DNA of 64,000 nucleotides from the NCBI GenBank assembly GCA_037444405.1, contig JBBIML010000010.1, positions 64,001 through 128,000 of the forward strand. Direction: 5' to 3'. A program made the position numbers and the translations under genes. The notes under the pieces were generated by a model, which was not told where the DNA came from, searched no databases, and worked only from the letters and a program-made list of their open reading frames with translations. Each line of letters opens with the position of its first letter. Position 1 is the first letter of the stretch. The stretch is from Armatimonadota bacterium. GTDB lineage: Bacteria; Armatimonadota; Fimbriimonadia; Fimbriimonadales; GBS-DC. Shown here in pieces: positions 51,677-61,905 of the stretch.

Positions 51677-52159
51677 ATGCGAACATGCAGAGGCTCGGCA
51701 CTCACGGAACTGCTGATTGCGGTATTGCTCGTCACCCTGCTGGTGCTATCCATCGCTGCCATTACGCCGACAACCAGCCGCATGCAGACCCAGGCACAGC
51801 AGTACACCTACGCGCTGAACCTCGCTCAAACAGTGCTGGAGCGCGTGCGTACGCTTGAGTTCAATCAGATCACCTTCGAGGGCTTGCAGCAGAACGGGCT
51901 GGCACAAACGCTGGTGCTGAGCGAACCGAATCACTTCATCGCTCAGTTCACCACTGTGTCCACACCAGGGGGAGGCACCATCAATCTCGGCACGAACCTG
52001 CGCGAAGCGGTCGGCACCATCGAGGTGTTCAATCTGACGACCAACAACGACATCGCCATCGGGCTGAAGACGATTTTCGTGACGATTCAGTGGCGGGAGC
52101 CGCGCACCAATCGCGTTCAGCAGGTTCAGCTGGCGACCTCCGTCGCCAGCCTGCAATGA
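51677..52159 (+). CDS. minor pilin (PilV-like)
   Basis: RG-SALTELLIA; C-terminal K.I.VTIQW. Confidence 0.7.
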   Translation: MRTCRGSALTELLIAVLLVTLLVLSIAAITPTTSRMQTQAQQYTYALNLAQTVLERVRTLEFNQITFEGLQQNGLAQTLVLSEPNHFIAQFTTVSTPGGGTINLGTNLREAVGTIEVFNLTTNNDIAIGLKTIFVTIQWREPRTNRVQQVQLATSVASLQ

Positions 52160-52163
52160 AGCG

Positions 52164-52264
52164 CCCCCTCTCCCCTCTGGGGAGAGAGTTGGGGTGAGGG
52201 GTTCGAGCAAGCAGGGGAGATCATGCCCCCTCACCTGTACCCTCTCCCCCGCTGGGGGAGAGGG
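52164..52264. repeat. two CCCTCACCC-family palindromic repeats
   Basis: CCTCTCCC..GGGAGAG..GGGGTGAGGG and CCCCTCACCTGTACCCTCTCCCCCGCTGGGGGAGAGGG. Confidence 0.75.
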
Positions 52265-52295
52265 CTATACGGAATCACAGGGGAGGATGCGACCA

Positions 52296-52856
52296 ATGAG
52301 ACGAAAACGCAGCCGCGCACGCGGCTCGATGATGCTGGAGCTGGTGTTCGCCAGCGCGCTCTCGGTGATGGTGATTGCGCTGCTGGTGGCAACGGAGCTG
52401 GGCGCCCTGCGCGCCTATCAGCGCGCCCTCAACCAGAACACCGCCAGCCGCGGCGCCTATAACGCCCTGCGCGAGATTCGCGGGCTTGCCCAGCAGGCGG
52501 TCAGCGTGACAATTAGCGGCGGCACGCAGGCAACCCTGCTGATGCCCCAGCGCGACGCCAGCGGCGCCATCCGCCTGCCCATCCAGCCCGATACAGCGAA
52601 CCCGTTCAGACTTACCGTCAACTTCTCGGCAGGCACGCTGACGCTCACCAGCAACGCGGGCACCCGTGTCCTGCTAACTGGTGTCCGCGACCGCACGCCG
52701 CAGGGCACAACCTACACGCCCTTTTCTTTCACCCAGTACGCGCCAGGTGTGGCGGCGCTCCATGTGCGCCTCAGCGTCCAGCAGGGCAATACCACCACAG
52801 CCACCACCGCATGGTTCGAAGAAACTATCCTGTTGCGCAACGCACCAGTTCAGTGA
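52296..52856 (+). CDS. minor pilin (PilW-like)
   Basis: RG-SMMLELVFA hydrophobic N-terminus; C-terminal ILLRN. Confidence 0.65.
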   Translation: MRRKRSRARGSMMLELVFASALSVMVIALLVATELGALRAYQRALNQNTASRGAYNALREIRGLAQQAVSVTISGGTQATLLMPQRDASGAIRLPIQPDTANPFRLTVNFSAGTLTLTSNAGTRVLLTGVRDRTPQGTTYTPFSFTQYAPGVAALHVRLSVQQGNTTTATTAWFEETILLRNAPVQ

Positions 52857-52880
52857 ACACACTATGGGGAGGGAGATACG

Positions 52881-54746
52881 ATGAGGAAGCGCACACAGCG
52901 TGGCAGCACGATGGTCACCACGCTCATCACGGGCGGGCTGACTATCGTCACGGCAACCGCTTATCTGGATTTAGCAACGCAGGATTTACGCACGGCGAAC
53001 GCTCGCATGCGCGAGGTCATCACCCAGAATCTGGCGGAGGCAGGGCTGAACGCCTCTATGCAGCAGCTCTGGCGTGAGTTCAAAATCAGCCAGCGGTTCG
53101 ACACTTTCGATAGCACCCTGCGCGACGCCTCACCCGATAGCCCTGCACGCACATGGAACGGCGTTCTCGGCACAGTGGGCAACTACACGGCGTCGGTCGT
53201 GGGCTATCAGACGATCGATTCCTACACGCGGCGCGTCACCCTGCGCGCCGTCGGCTGGCAGGATCGCAACGGCAATGGTCGGCTCGATTCAGGTGAGCCA
53301 CGCCAGGTGCTCCAGCAAACTTTCGATCTGCAACTCTCGCGCTCTGGCGTGTTCGACTACGCTTACTTCGTGAACAACTACGGCTGGATGTACGGCTTCG
53401 ATGGCGAGAGCCTGGTGACCAATGGCGATATGCGCTCCAACGGCGACTTCGAATTTCGCTACGGTCGCCCCACCATCAACGGCACGATTATCGCCGCGGC
53501 GAACGACAAGCTCACGCCCAGAGCGAACGGCTACATTATCGTGGAGGGCGGAACCGCGCCCCGACAGTGGACGACCAGCACCTATCGCTCCCGACAGGAT
53601 TCGAACTACCGCGGGCAGGGACCCTATATGCGTCAGGGCTACTCCAGCTCAGTGCATGGCGCAATTGGCAGCAGCACCTTCAACGAGTGGCGCGACTATC
53701 TGTACGAAGCCAGCGGGCAGATGATAGGTGGCTCGCCGTTTGGCGCCGTGCTTGCCGATTCGCGCGGCACACGCCGATTCGATGGCACCGTGCTGGACAA
53801 CCGTCCCACCCGCGAGATGGTGCTGCCCAACCTGAACGATCTGAACTATTATCTCAACCTCTCCCGCACATGGCGCGATCCACGAGCCACCTATCGCGAC
53901 GGCACATCGAACCCCTACTACAATCAGGAGGCATTCGTGGAGGTGTGGAACCCCAGTCGCAACCGTTACGAGCGCATCTCAACCAACGGCGTCATTAACG
54001 GTAGCGTCGCGCTGATTGGCTACCGAAACTATCCCATCCGCATTCACGGACCCGTCACCGTCACGCAGGATGTGGTCATTCGCGGCTATGTGGTGGGTCA
54101 GGGCACGCTCTACGCAGGGCGCAATGTGCATATCGTGGGCGACATCATCTACAAGAACCCGCCCGACTTCCGTGGGGGCGACTTCAACACCGTGCTGAAC
54201 AATGTGGAGAAGAAGGACGCGCTGGGGCTGGCAGCGCGAGGCAGCGTAATGATGGGCAATACGCGGCGGTTCAGCGACCCCTATCCCCTGCGCTACATGA
54301 CGCCGCCCTTCACACGCGGACGCTACGACGAGAACGGCAACTGGATCCCGCCCTTCAACGCCCTTGAACGCGACGAAACCGGACGCTACCGCTATCAGTC
54401 GGCTTATGGACGCGCTGACCAGAGCGACATCGAACAGCTCTCCCTACAAGTCGATATCGACCAGAACGGCACCATCTCCAGCGATGAACGCGGCATTTCG
54501 CGCATCGACGCCGTGCTGTTCACGAACTTCGTTGGCGGAGGGAACCTCGCCACCGACGGGCTGGGGCTGACCATCAACGGCACCATCATTGCCAAAGATG
54601 AGGCGATGGTGCTGTGGAGCATCCCGATGTGGCTCAACTACGACTGGCGCATCCGCGAGCGCAGCCTCGACGACACACCGCTCATCAATATCGAGCTGCC
54701 GCGCGTCGCCGCCGTGCGCCGCATGGCGTGGCAGCGCGTTTATTGA
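52881..54746 (+). CDS. large PilX-like minor pilin / adhesin
   Basis: RG-STMVTTL (no Glu+5), LAEAG motif, FDYAYF, C-terminal NG.IIA...YDWR. Confidence 0.7.
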   Translation: MRKRTQRGSTMVTTLITGGLTIVTATAYLDLATQDLRTANARMREVITQNLAEAGLNASMQQLWREFKISQRFDTFDSTLRDASPDSPARTWNGVLGTVGNYTASVVGYQTIDSYTRRVTLRAVGWQDRNGNGRLDSGEPRQVLQQTFDLQLSRSGVFDYAYFVNNYGWMYGFDGESLVTNGDMRSNGDFEFRYGRPTINGTIIAAANDKLTPRANGYIIVEGGTAPRQWTTSTYRSRQDSNYRGQGPYMRQGYSSSVHGAIGSSTFNEWRDYLYEASGQMIGGSPFGAVLADSRGTRRFDGTVLDNRPTREMVLPNLNDLNYYLNLSRTWRDPRATYRDGTSNPYYNQEAFVEVWNPSRNRYERISTNGVINGSVALIGYRNYPIRIHGPVTVTQDVVIRGYVVGQGTLYAGRNVHIVGDIIYKNPPDFRGGDFNTVLNNVEKKDALGLAARGSVMMGNTRRFSDPYPLRYMTPPFTRGRYDENGNWIPPFNALERDETGRYRYQSAYGRADQSDIEQLSLQVDIDQNGTISSDERGISRIDAVLFTNFVGGGNLATDGLGLTINGTIIAKDEAMVLWSIPMWLNYDWRIRERSLDDTPLINIELPRVAAVRRMAWQRVY

Positions 54747-54747
54747 T

Positions 54748-54836
54748 GCCCTCACCCCCAGCCCCTCTCCCACGCTGTGGGAGAGGGGAGCCAAAATCCC
54801 TCTCCCTCACAGGGGAAGAGGGTACGGGTGAGGGGG
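54748..54836. repeat. inverted pair of CCCTCACCC-family palindromic repeats
   Basis: CCCTCACCCCCAGCCCCTCTCCCAC..GTGGGAGAGGGG and CCCTCTCCC..GGGGAAGAGGGTACGGGTGAGGGG. Confidence 0.8.
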
Positions 54837-54871
54837 CAACCCAACTTCACCGAGAACGAGGAGGGATGAAC

Positions 54872-55348
54872 ATGAGAAAGCAACATCTGACACGATTTCT
54901 GGGCACGATAGCGATAGCCAGTCTCTGGCTCTTCGGCTGGAGCATCGTCTCGGAGCATCGCTCGCCGAACGAGCGACCCGAATGGTGGAAGCCTTACGAG
55001 AACGCCGCGCCAATTCAACCGTCGCCGACGGTGGTCGTGCCGCAGGGCGATGTGCCCACCGTTGTGGAGGAAGCCGTCACGCGCAGTGCGCCCGCTGGCG
55101 TGCCTGACACGCTGGTCATCCAGCCCCAGAGTGGGGTCGCAACCGTTAGTCTGCCCCGCGCCATCGATGGCGAGCAGGTGATGCAGCAGGCGAATCGCGA
55201 TATTGAGCGTCAGCGCGTGGCGTTCTGGCGTCCGTTCGCGCTGTTTGGCGGCTTCCTGTTGCTGGGCGGCGGCGCGGTGTTTGGGCTTCTGCGCTGGTGG
55301 AGCCAGCAGGTGCCCGCGCCGCCCCCTGTCCGTCGCCGCCGCTACTAA
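54872..55348 (+). CDS. hypothetical membrane protein (N- and C-terminal TM segments)
   Basis: GAGGAGGG RBS; hydrophobic ends, Pro/Arg tail. Confidence 0.6.
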   Translation: MRKQHLTRFLGTIAIASLWLFGWSIVSEHRSPNERPEWWKPYENAAPIQPSPTVVVPQGDVPTVVEEAVTRSAPAGVPDTLVIQPQSGVATVSLPRAIDGEQVMQQANRDIERQRVAFWRPFALFGGFLLLGGGAVFGLLRWWSQQVPAPPPVRRRRY

Positions 55349-55367
55349 GCCACACCCTCTAAGGGGT

Positions 55368-56585
55368 CTACAGCCGTCCGCGCCCGCTGGTCAGCACGCC
55401 AGCGACGGGCGCGGGCGGCAACGCCCGAACCGCCAGCGCGAGCGCAATCACCATATCGTCGTGGAAGCCGCGCTCCGCGCCGAAACGCACCCCTGTCGGC
55501 GTCGCGCTCACCTCAAAGTGATACAGCTCCTGCAACAGCCTGCCATCGGGCAACAGCTGCAGCTGCTCGCGCTCCAGCATCAACGCGAGGCTCTCCACCA
55601 GCGACTGCTTGACCGCGCGGGTGAAGGTCAGCCCTTCCACAGGCACGGATAACGCCGATTGCAACGCCTCCACCAGTGGGTCGCCGACACCTGTGCGGTC
55701 GCACAGCACGCGCTGAACGCCATGCTGGTCCATCAATCGGGCAATCTGCGCCACCTGCTCCGCCCACGCCAGCCCCTGCCAGCGACGGATGTCCAGCATG
55801 CGCGCCGCCTGCTGGGAGCCATGCAGAATCGCCACCGCTGTCCAGTCCCGATAGCGTGCCCAGTCGACGCCCGCCACCACCATCCCATCGGGCTGAAGGC
55901 GCAGCAGCATGGCGCGATCGACCCACTCGGTGCGGAACAGCTGCCCCGCGTCGTCCAGGAACGCTGCGCCGTACTCCACCTGGAACTGGCGTTCGCTCAT
56001 CAGCTGCGCCTGCATCAGCAGGGTGCTGGGCGAGAGCAGCGGGTTCTGCCACGAGGGGCTGCGCAGGCTCCAGACGCGCTCGCTGCCCTGCTGACCCTCC
56101 CGATAGAGCCGATAGAAGTAGTTTTTGCCGCGCGGGGTGGAGACCAGCGCGAGCCGACCGCCCGTGTCGCTGAGCATCGGCATCAGCACCTCTATCACCA
56201 CCTGTTCGGGCACATAGGCGGCTTCGTCCACCACAATCAGGTGCGCCTTGCGCCCGCGCAGGAAAAGCCCGCCGCGCGTTGCCGGGCGCGCCCACAAGCG
56301 GCTCGGACCGATGGTCAGCACGGGCGCTGGTGTGCGTCGCACCTGGGGTTTCTCACCCACCTGACGCAACAGTCCGATCACCCGCTCAAACGGGATCAGC
56401 GCCTGCTCCTGCGAAGGCGCCACGATCAGCACCATACGGGGTGCAGGCTCCAGCAGGGTGCGGGCGACCTCCACCGCAATCACTTCCGTCTTGCCCCAGC
56501 GTCGCCCGCACGCCAGCACCCGAATGGGCGCCCGCGACTCCAGAAACGCGCGCTGCCCCGCATGGGGATACCAGCCCGCAATCAT
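55368..56585 (-). CDS. phage-type terminase large subunit (ATPase + RNase H-like nuclease), orphan
   Basis: PH.GQ, GRRWGKT, VVDEAA, STP.G.N.FY, GVDWA...D.T, D.TGVGD, HDD.V.ALALA. Confidence 0.85.
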   Translation of the reverse strand: MIAGWYPHAGQRAFLESRAPIRVLACGRRWGKTEVIAVEVARTLLEPAPRMVLIVAPSQEQALIPFERVIGLLRQVGEKPQVRRTPAPVLTIGPSRLWARPATRGGLFLRGRKAHLIVVDEAAYVPEQVVIEVLMPMLSDTGGRLALVSTPRGKNYFYRLYREGQQGSERVWSLRSPSWQNPLLSPSTLLMQAQLMSERQFQVEYGAAFLDDAGQLFRTEWVDRAMLLRLQPDGMVVAGVDWARYRDWTAVAILHGSQQAARMLDIRRWQGLAWAEQVAQIARLMDQHGVQRVLCDRTGVGDPLVEALQSALSVPVEGLTFTRAVKQSLVESLALMLEREQLQLLPDGRLLQELYHFEVSATPTGVRFGAERGFHDDMVIALALAVRALPPAPVAGVLTSGRGRL

Positions 56586-56658
56586 GGCATCTCACTCCCG
56601 CTGATGAAGCCAGCACGCTTATAGATGGACAACCGTAGCAGCAGGTACAATCTCTGCT

Positions 56659-58248
56659 GTGAAACGGCGACTGTTGCTGGGGCTTTGGATCGGGCTAATC
56701 AGCCTCGCGCTGGCAGACCGACCCGCGTGGATGACCAGCGCGGAGAGCATCACGCCCGCCGATTTGCGGGCACACCTGGAGTTTATCGCCTCCGACGAGC
56801 TGGAAGGGCGCGACACGCCCTCGCGCGGACTCGATATCGCGGGCATGTACCTCGTGTCCCACCTCAAGCGCTGGGGGCTGAAACCGGGCGGCGAGAACGG
56901 CACCTACTATCAGACGCTCACCATCCGCACAGATCAGGTGCGCACCGAGTCGAGCGTGGTGCGCATTGGCACGCAGGAGTTCCGCTACGGTGAGGGCTTC
57001 CTGGCGCGCGCAGTGCCCCTCTCCATCGAAGCCCAGCCCGTGTATGTCGGCTACGGCTGGTCGAACCCCACCCAGAGCATCGATCCCTACAGGGGGCTGG
57101 ATGTGCGCGAGAAGGTGCTGGTGGTGCTGGGTGGCTTCCCGAAACAGGTGGCGCAACTGGGGCTGGAAAAGGCGCAGCAGGAAGGCTGGGTTAGCCCCGA
57201 AGAGAACGCTCGCCGCCGCGGCGCCCGCGCCATCCTGCGCATCGACCCCGCGCTGATGGAACGACTGGAGCGCCAGAGCCGCATGTGGGCGCGGCGACGC
57301 ATCGTTGAAGAGCTGGAACGCGAGGAACCCGGCATGCCCCTGATTGTGCCCTCCCGCGCCATGCTCGACATGCTCTGTCAGGGCGAGGAGGTGAGCGCGG
57401 ACGAACTCATCCAGCGCGCCCAATCGGGTGAAGCGGGCGAACCGTTCATCTTCCGTGCCAGCAAACGCCTGCACATCGAAATCGCCGTGCAGACCACACG
57501 CGAGACCGCCCGCAATGTAATCGCGGTTGCCGAAGGTAGCGATCCCGTTCTCAAAAACGAGTATGTGGTTGTCGGTGCGCACTTAGACCATGTGGGCGTG
57601 GGCACGCCGCGCCGACCGGGCGAAGATGTCATCTACAACGGCGCGGACGACGACGGCTCGGGAACCGTCGCGCTGCTGGAGATGGCGGAAGCGATTGCAC
57701 ACGGCGCACGACCCAAACGCTCGATGCTGTTCATCTGGCATGTGGGCGAGGAAAAAGGGCTATGGGGTTCACGACTGTTCACCGAGCGCCCAACCGTGCC
57801 CCTGCAGAACATTATTGCTGAAGTCAACATCGATATGATCGGGCGCAGCAAACCGCTGAACAACACCAACCCGCGCAACGCCGATCTGTCCGAACCCGAT
57901 GAAATCTTCGTGATCGGTCCCAAGCTCGCCAGCCCCGATCTCGGCAAAGTGCTGGAACGGGTGAACGCGAGCTATCTCAAACTGCGTCTGAACCCGCGCT
58001 ATGACGACCCCAGCGATCCCGAACGACTCTACTACCGCAGCGATCACTACAGCTACGCCCGCAAGGGCATCCCGGTCATCTTCTTCTTCAGCGGTCTGCA
58101 CGAGGATTATCACCAGCCCAGCGACCATGTGGACAAAATCGGCTTCGAGAAGATGGCGAAGGTTACGCGCACCATCTACGGGCTGGTGTGGAGCCTTGCA
58201 GACCAGGAGGAGCGTCCCGCGCGTGTGAAGGTGAGCGACGATGAGTGA
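56659..58248 (+). CDS. M28 family aminopeptidase with PA-like domain
   Basis: ASDELEGR, GAHLDHVG, NGADDDGSG, GEEKGL, RSDH, DYHQPSD. Confidence 0.9.
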   Translation: MKRRLLLGLWIGLISLALADRPAWMTSAESITPADLRAHLEFIASDELEGRDTPSRGLDIAGMYLVSHLKRWGLKPGGENGTYYQTLTIRTDQVRTESSVVRIGTQEFRYGEGFLARAVPLSIEAQPVYVGYGWSNPTQSIDPYRGLDVREKVLVVLGGFPKQVAQLGLEKAQQEGWVSPEENARRRGARAILRIDPALMERLERQSRMWARRRIVEELEREEPGMPLIVPSRAMLDMLCQGEEVSADELIQRAQSGEAGEPFIFRASKRLHIEIAVQTTRETARNVIAVAEGSDPVLKNEYVVVGAHLDHVGVGTPRRPGEDVIYNGADDDGSGTVALLEMAEAIAHGARPKRSMLFIWHVGEEKGLWGSRLFTERPTVPLQNIIAEVNIDMIGRSKPLNNTNPRNADLSEPDEIFVIGPKLASPDLGKVLERVNASYLKLRLNPRYDDPSDPERLYYRSDHYSYARKGIPVIFFFSGLHEDYHQPSDHVDKIGFEKMAKVTRTIYGLVWSLADQEERPARVKVSDDE

Positions 58249-58765
58249 GCGCACACAGGAGCAGTTAATGGAGCAGGCAGCGCAGGCGCTTCAAGCCGCG
58301 CTCAAACGGCTGCATGTGCCCTTCAACGCCGACAGGTTCGAGTGGGAGGGTATCCTCGCGCGGGACTACCAAGCGCATGCAGGCGACGCGCGAGGCATGG
58401 GATGGCGCGGTATCCGACGCTACGGGCTGGGACGACCGCCCATTATCCCCGTCCAGTTTGCCCTGCGCTACTTCGAAATCGAGCCGGGCGGCTACTCCAG
58501 CCTTGAAAAGCATCACCATGCGCATCTGGTGATTGTGCTTCGCGGGCGTGGTCGGGCGCTGGTCGGCACGCGCCTGTTCGAGCTGAAGCCGTTCGACCTG
58601 CTCTATGTGCCGCCCGACACGCCGCACCGCTGGCTGAACCCCTATGAAGAGCCGTTCGGCTTCCTGTGCCCCGTGGACGCCGAGCGCGACCGCCCGCAAC
58701 CCATCAGCGACGAGGAGTGGGAAGCCCTCCGCCAGAACCCCGAAACCGCACCTTACCTGTTTTGA
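58241..58765 (+). CDS. cupin domain protein
   Basis: RYFEIEPGGYSSLEKH.H.H, YVPP.TPH. Confidence 0.85.
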   Translation: MSERTQEQLMEQAAQALQAALKRLHVPFNADRFEWEGILARDYQAHAGDARGMGWRGIRRYGLGRPPIIPVQFALRYFEIEPGGYSSLEKHHHAHLVIVLRGRGRALVGTRLFELKPFDLLYVPPDTPHRWLNPYEEPFGFLCPVDAERDRPQPISDEEWEALRQNPETAPYLF

Positions 58766-58812
58766 CAGGTTTCTCACCTTCAGAGGGGGTTGGGGCTGAC
58801 CGAAAATAGGGG

Positions 58813-59532
58813 GTGATGGAGCCGATACCACTGGTGCGCCTGCTGAAGCGAGGCGATTGGGCAGATGTGCGTCGCCCGTCGCCGCCTGTACCTCCACCAC
58901 TGCCCGAACTGTCGGACGCCAGCCCGGCGCCGTACTCGCCTGAAACGGCTCGACAGCAAGCCGAGTCGCTCATCCAGCAGGCGCGCGCGGAAGCCGACGC
59001 TATCCGCCAGCAAGCCTATCAGGAGGGCTATCAGGCAGGTTATAAGGCGGGCGAAGCCGACGCCCACCAGCAACTGCAAGCCGATTACCAGCAGCAGGTG
59101 GACGAGCTGCGCCAGGCAGTGAACACCTTCCTTCAGCAGCTGCACGCCGAGTTTGAGGCTTATCTGCGCCTGGTGGAGCAGGAGATGCTCGCGCTCACGC
59201 TGGAGATAGCCCGCAAAATCGTGCGCGACGAACTGCGCCAGCACCCAGAGCATGTGCTGGGCGTGATTCGCGACACCCTGCGGCGCGTGCAGGGATTCGG
59301 ACAGGTGCGCGTGCGGGTGAACCCGCTCGATCTGGAGCTGGCGCGCCAGAATCGGGCGCACCTGATGGCGGTCATCGACTCGCTGGACGGGCTGGAGATT
59401 GTGGAGGATCGGCGTGTGGAGCCAGGCGGCTGCATCGTGGAGACGCCGCAGGGCATCTACGACGCCCGAATCGGCACGCAGTTCGAGGAGATTGAGCGGG
59501 CAATAGAAGATTCGCAGCCCGAGGCGGCATGA
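58813..59532 (+). CDS. fliH: flagellar assembly protein FliH
   Basis: AYQEGYQAGYKAG (GxxxG repeats), RVNP.D, GGCIVET..G..DA. Confidence 0.88.
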   Translation: MMEPIPLVRLLKRGDWADVRRPSPPVPPPLPELSDASPAPYSPETARQQAESLIQQARAEADAIRQQAYQEGYQAGYKAGEADAHQQLQADYQQQVDELRQAVNTFLQQLHAEFEAYLRLVEQEMLALTLEIARKIVRDELRQHPEHVLGVIRDTLRRVQGFGQVRVRVNPLDLELARQNRAHLMAVIDSLDGLEIVEDRRVEPGGCIVETPQGIYDARIGTQFEEIERAIEDSQPEAA

Positions 59533-59556
59533 AGAAACCCCTGGAGAGGGATTACC

Positions 59557-60885
59557 ATGCGCAAGCCGGATTGGTCTGCATTAATCGAGCGTGTACGACA
59601 GCTGGATGCGGTTCGCATTCATGGGCGTGTGGTGGGCGCCGCTGGCTTGTTGATTGAGTCGCAGGGACCGCCTGCGCGATTGGGCGAGCTGTGCGCCGTC
59701 GCGCGCGGGCGCAACGCCGAGCCGCTGCTAACGGAGGTGGTCGGTTTTCGCGGGGGCAACCTGCTGTTGACGCCGCTGGGCGAGCTGACGGGCGTCTCTG
59801 CAGGCAGTGAGGTGATCCCACTGCGGCGGCAGGCGTCGGTGGCGGTTGGCGAGGCGTTGCTGGGGCGCGTGCTGGACGGGACGGGCAACCCCATCGATGG
59901 CAAACCATTGCCGCCTCTGCCCCAGCGATACCCGCTCTATCGGGACGCGCCCACCGCGCTGGAGCGCCCGCCCCTGCGCGAGCCGCTCCCGTGCGGAATT
60001 CGTGCCATCGACGCCATGCTCACCTGTGCACGGGGGCAGCGCATCGGCATCTTCGCAGGCAGCGGTGTCGGCAAAAGCACCCTGCTCGGCATGATCGCCC
60101 GCAACGCGACCGCCGATGTGAATGTGATTGCGCTGATTGGCGAGCGCGGACGCGAAGTGCGCGAGTTCATCGAGCAGAGTCTGGGCGAGCAGGGGCTACA
60201 GCACTCCGTGCTGGTGGTCGCGACCTCTGACCAGCCCGCGATCGTGCGTCAGCGTGCCGCGTTCGTCGCGACGGCGATTGCCGAATATTTCCGCGACACA
60301 GGGCGCGCGGTGCTGCTCATGATGGACTCGCTCACGCGGCTGGCGATGGCACAGCGCGAGATCGGGCTGGCGGCGGGCGAGCCGCCCTCCGCGCGCGGCT
60401 ACACACCTTCCGTGTTCGCGCTGATGCCGCGCCTGCTCGAACGCGCGGGCACAAGCCCCACCGGCAGCATCACCGCCTTCTACACCGTGCTGGTCGACGC
60501 CGACGATCTGAACGACCCCATCGCCGACACCGCCCGCGCCATTCTGGATGGGCATATCGTGCTGTCGCGCGCGCTCACCCAGCAGGGGCACTACCCGCCG
60601 ATTGATGTCCTCTCCAGTCTCTCGCGCGTGATGCCGAATATCGTTCGGCAGGAGCATCTGCAGGCAGCGAACCGCCTGCGCCAGATATTGAGCGCGTATC
60701 GCGACGCCGAAGATTTGATCCTTATCGGCGCGTATCAGCAGGGGATGAACCCGCTGGTGGACTTCGCGATTGAGAATCGGGAGCGTATCCAGCGCTTTCT
60801 CCAGCAGGCACTGGACGAACACGCGCCCTTTGAGCAGACCGTCCAGCAGCTGCAGGCAATCGCTGAGGATTCGATGAGGGCATAA
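59557..60885 (+). CDS. fliI: flagellar export ATPase FliI
   Basis: GIFAGSGVGKSTL, GERGREV, MDSLTR, GEPP..RGYTPS, ILDGHI.L. Confidence 0.93.
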   Translation: MRKPDWSALIERVRQLDAVRIHGRVVGAAGLLIESQGPPARLGELCAVARGRNAEPLLTEVVGFRGGNLLLTPLGELTGVSAGSEVIPLRRQASVAVGEALLGRVLDGTGNPIDGKPLPPLPQRYPLYRDAPTALERPPLREPLPCGIRAIDAMLTCARGQRIGIFAGSGVGKSTLLGMIARNATADVNVIALIGERGREVREFIEQSLGEQGLQHSVLVVATSDQPAIVRQRAAFVATAIAEYFRDTGRAVLLMMDSLTRLAMAQREIGLAAGEPPSARGYTPSVFALMPRLLERAGTSPTGSITAFYTVLVDADDLNDPIADTARAILDGHIVLSRALTQQGHYPPIDVLSSLSRVMPNIVRQEHLQAANRLRQILSAYRDAEDLILIGAYQQGMNPLVDFAIENRERIQRFLQQALDEHAPFEQTVQQLQAIAEDSMRA

Positions 60886-60900
60886 GACAACTGTGAGCCT

Positions 60901-60923
60901 GTACGGGCGCAGTTCCTGCGCCC
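60901..60923 (+). repeat. GGGCGC-type REP-like hairpin
   Basis: GTAC-GGGCGCAG-TTC-CTGCGCCC in the fliI-fliJ spacer. Confidence 0.6.
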
Positions 60924-60959
60924 AACTCACCCGGACGCGATGGGGAGCATAAGACAGCC

Positions 60960-61424
60960 ATGAGACGATTTCGGTTCCGACTGGAGCGGGTCTTGCAGTA
61001 TCGGCAGACGCAGGAGGAGATGGCGCTGCGGGCGTTGCGCACGGCTATCCAGCGGCGACAGGAGCTGGAGCGCGCGATGGAGCGCGTGCGCCAGCGCATC
61101 CAGCAACTCAGCCAGCTCGCGCTGGCGCCCGAGGAGTGGCTGCGCCGCGAGCAGGCAATCGGCGCGTTGCAGGCGCGACTGAACACGCTAAAAGAGACGC
61201 TGCCCCTGCTGATAGAGCAGGAACAGCAGGCGCGTGAGGCTTATCTTCAGGCGCGTCAGCGGCGCGAATCGCTCTCACGCCTGCGTGCGCGCGCACTCGA
61301 CCATTTCCAGCAGGAGCTGAGCCGAATCTTACAGCGGGAGACGGACGAGGTGGTTGTCTATGCGTATCAGCGAAGCGTTCCAGCGGACCCTTCAGCGCGT
61401 TCAGGAGATACAGGCGCGGATTGA
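60960..61424 (+). CDS. fliJ: flagellar export protein FliJ
   Basis: [10 protein letters not shown]-terminus, coiled coil, Q.E.DE; follows fliI. Confidence 0.85.
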   Translation: MRRFRFRLERVLQYRQTQEEMALRALRTAIQRRQELERAMERVRQRIQQLSQLALAPEEWLRREQAIGALQARLNTLKETLPLLIEQEQQAREAYLQARQRRESLSRLRARALDHFQQELSRILQRETDEVVVYAYQRSVPADPSARSGDTGAD

Positions 61425-61905
61425 GCAGCTGCGCGGGACGCCCCCCACGCCAGCGGCGAAGTTCCCCGACATGCCGGTGGCGCCCGTCGGTTTCCCTGAA
61501 GGGGGCACGCCGCCGCCCGGCATGCGCCTGATCAGTCCTGCGGTCGCCCGCTGGGAGCCTGTGGTCGCGCCCATCGCAGCAAAATACGGCATCGAGACCG
61601 AATGGGTGCTGCGCATCATTGAAGCCGAGTCGGGCGGCAACCCGAACGCGGTCTCGCCTAAAGGCGCGATCGGATTGATGCAGTTGATGCCCGCCACGGC
61701 GCGGGCGCTCGGCGTCCAGAACCCCTACGATCCCGTGCAGAACATCGAGGGCGGCGTGCGCTATCTGCGCCACCTGCTGGATCGCTTTGGCGACCTGCGC
61801 CTGGCGTTAGCCGCCTATAATGCGGGTCCGGGCGCGGTGGAGCGCTACGGCGGCGTGCCGCCCTACCCTGAAACCCAGCGGTATATTCGGCGCATTCTGG
61901 GCTAA
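61360..61905 (+). CDS. soluble lytic transglycosylase
   Basis: [36 protein letters not shown]. Confidence 0.92.
   Translation: MRISEAFQRTLQRVQEIQARIEQLRGTPPTPAAKFPDMPVAPVGFPEGGTPPPGMRLISPAVARWEPVVAPIAAKYGIETEWVLRIIEAESGGNPNAVSPKGAIGLMQLMPATARALGVQNPYDPVQNIEGGVRYLRHLLDRFGDLRLALAAYNAGPGAVERYGGVPPYPETQRYIRRILG

Noticed and set aside
55368..56585. Prophage
   Set aside because: No other phage genes, att sites or composition shift; kept only as an orphan terminase
58813..61424. Injectisome-type T3SS or second ATP synthase
   Set aside because: FliH/FliI/FliJ order and motifs fit flagellar export; no needle or translocon genes
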